A stretch of 64,000 bases of DNA from the NCBI RefSeq assembly GCF_963921235.1, contig NC_086097.1:210802001-210866000 (forward strand), in the 5' to 3' direction. A model generated the notes under the pieces. It was not told the origin of the DNA and did not search any database. It saw only the letters and a program-made list of their open reading frames with translations. Below are positions 61,622-64,000 of this stretch, in pieces. The stretch's first letter is position 1. Each line of letters opens with the position of its first letter. Both the position numbers and the translations under genes were made by a program. This DNA comes from Mobula hypostoma. Lineage: Eukaryota.

Positions 61622-64000
61622 TGGGAATCAAATTAAAGCGGCTAGGTGTGAGGAGGTTAGTTCACAACAGAGGGATGGGAACCAGTGCAGAGAGACAGAG
61701 GGGTGTAAAGTGAGCGTAGAAGCAAAAAGTACAAAGGGGAAAAGTAAAAGTGGCAGGCCGACAAATCCAGGGCAAGCATTAAAAAGGGCTAAGAGAGTTG
61801 TAAAAGAGCGCCTGAAGGCTTTATGTGTCAATGCAAGGAGCATTCGTAATAAGGTGGATGAATTGAAAGTGCAGATTGTTATTAATGATTATGATATAGT
61901 TGGGATCACAGAGACATGGCTCCAGGGTGACCAGGGATGGGAGCTCAACGTTCAGGGATATTCAATATTCAGGAGGGATAGACATGAAGGAAGGGGAGGT
62001 GGGGTGGCGTTGCTGGTTAAAAAAGAGATTAACGCAATAGAAAGGAAGGACATAAGCCGGGAAGATGTGGAATCGATATGGGTAGAGCTGCGTAACACTA
62101 AGGGGCAGAAGACGCTGCTGGGAGTTGTGTACAGGCCACCTAACAGTAGTAGTGAGGTCGGAGATGGTATTAAACAGGAAATTAGAAATGTGTGCAATAA
62201 AGGAACAGCAGTTATAATGGGTGACTTCAATCTACATGTAGACTGAGTGAACCAAATTGGTAAAGGTGCTGAGGAAGAGGATTTCTTGGAATGTATGCGG
62301 GATGGTTTTTTGAACCAACATGTCGAGGAACCGACTAGAGAGCAGGCTATTCTGGACTGGGTTTTGAGCAATGAGGAAGGGTTAATTAGCGATCTTGTCG
62401 TGAGAGGCCCCTTGGGTAAGAGTGACCATAATATGGTGGAATTCTTCATTAACATGGAGAGTGACGTAGTTAATTCAGAAACAAAGGTTCTGAACTTAAA
62501 GAGGGGTAACTTTGAAGGTATGAGACATGAATTAGCTAAGATAGACTGGCAAATGACACTTCAAGGATTGACGGTGGATATGCAATGGCAGGCATTTAAA
62601 GGTTGCATGGATGAACTACAACAATTGTTCATCCCAGTTTGGCAAAAGAATAAATCAAGGAAGGTAGTGCACCCGTGGCTGACAAGAGAAATTAGGGATA
62701 GTATCAATTCCAAAGAAGTAGCATACAAATTAGCCAGAGAAAGTGGCTCACCTGAGGACTGGGAGAAATTCAGAGTTCAGCAGAGGAGGACAAACGGCTT
62801 AATTAGGAAGGGGAAAAAAGATTATGAGAGAAAACTGGCAGAGAACATAAAAACGGACTGTAAAAGCTTTTATAGATATGTAAAAAGGAAAAGACTGATA
62901 AAGACAAATGTAGGTCCCCTGCAAACAGAAACAGGTGAATTGATTATGGGGAGCAAGGACATGGCAGACCAATTGAATAATTACTTTGGTTCTGTCTTCA
63001 CTAAGGAGGACATAAATAATCTTCCAGAAATAGTAAGGGACAGAGGGTCCAGTGAGATGGAGGAACTGAGCGAAATACATGTTAGTAGGGAAGTGGTATT
63101 AGGTAAATTGAAGGGATTGAAGGCAGATAAATCCCCAGGGCCAGATGGTCTGCATCCCAGAGTGCTTAAGGAAGTGGCCCAAGAAATAGTGGATGCATTA
63201 GTGATAATTTTTCAAAACTCGTTAGATTCTGGACTAGTTCCTGAGGATTGGAGGGTGGCTAATGTAACCCCACTTTTTAAAAAAGGAGGGAGAGAGAAAC
63301 CGGGGAATTATAGGCCGGTTAGCCTAACGTCGGTGGTGGGGAAACTGCTGGAGTCAGTTATCAAAGATGTGATAACAGCACATTTGGAAAGCGGTGAAAT
63401 GATCGGACAAAGTCAGCATGGATTTGTGAAAGGAAAATCATGTCTGACGAATCTCATAGAATTTTTTGAGGATGTAACTAGTAGACTGGATAGGGGAGAA
63501 CCAGTGGATGTGGTATATTTGGATTTTCAAAAGGCTTTTGACAAGGTCCCACACAGGAGATTAGTGTGCAAACTTAAAGCACACGGTATTGGGGGTAAGG
63601 TATTGGTGTGGGTGGAGAATTGGTTAGCAGACAGGAAGCAAAGAGTGGGAATAAACGGGACCTTTTCAGAATGGCAGGCGGTGACTAGTGGGGTACCGCC
63701 AGGCTCAGTGCTGGGACCCCAGTTGTTTACAATATATATTAATGACTTGGATGAGGGAATTAAATGCAGCATCTCCAAGTTTGCGGATGACACGAAGCTG
63801 GGTGGCAGTGTTAGCAGTGAGGAGGATGCTAAGAGGATGCAGGGTGACTTGGATAGGTTGGGTGAGTGGGCAAACTCATGGCAGATGCAATTTAATGTGG
63901 ATAAATGTGAAGTTATCCACTTTGGTGGCAAAAATAGGAAAACAGATTATTATCTGAATGGTGGCCGATTAGGAAAAGGGGAGGTGCAACGAGACCTGGG
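61622..64000 (+). mobile_element. CR1 ORF2 (EN + RT), lacking ORF1, running off the window end
   Basis: Colinear with ~16698-19102; TGA at 62244-62246, otherwise appears open to the edge. Confidence 0.95.

Noticed and set aside
1..64000. Prokaryotic systems (CRISPR arrays, operons, defence islands)
   Set aside because: No repeat-spacer arrays or gene-dense organisation; the content is vertebrate repeats throughout.

Overview
Eukaryotic, repeat-dominated genomic DNA with no host protein-coding gene that I can recognise. The repeat inventory suggests a cartilaginous fish, probably a ray (inference from repeat families only). It includes CR1 LINEs with SGNH-esterase ORF1 and microsatellite tails, Rex1/Babar LINEs, one L1, one Tx1, Penelope-like elements, tRNA-derived SINEs, Gypsy remnants and solo LTRs, and Tc1 derivatives. 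Well over half the window is transposon-derived, often nested, with readable target-site duplications (TSDs). Almost all long ORFs in the track are retroelement ORFs or their antisense shadows. Most notable: (1) many Penelope pseudo-LTR copies carry a minimal type I hammerhead ribozyme motif (two families), often as inverted pairs centred on the ribozyme, and repeatedly hit at the CpG overlapping G12; (2) a near full-length CR1 (15.7-19.8 kb) has an intact ORF1 but an ORF2 killed mostly by TGG->stop changes, with an apparent strand-biased G->A excess versus its sister copy; (3) several multi-level nests, microhomology deletions and one templated insertion. Boundaries without a stated TSD are approximate, and all alignments were done by eye.
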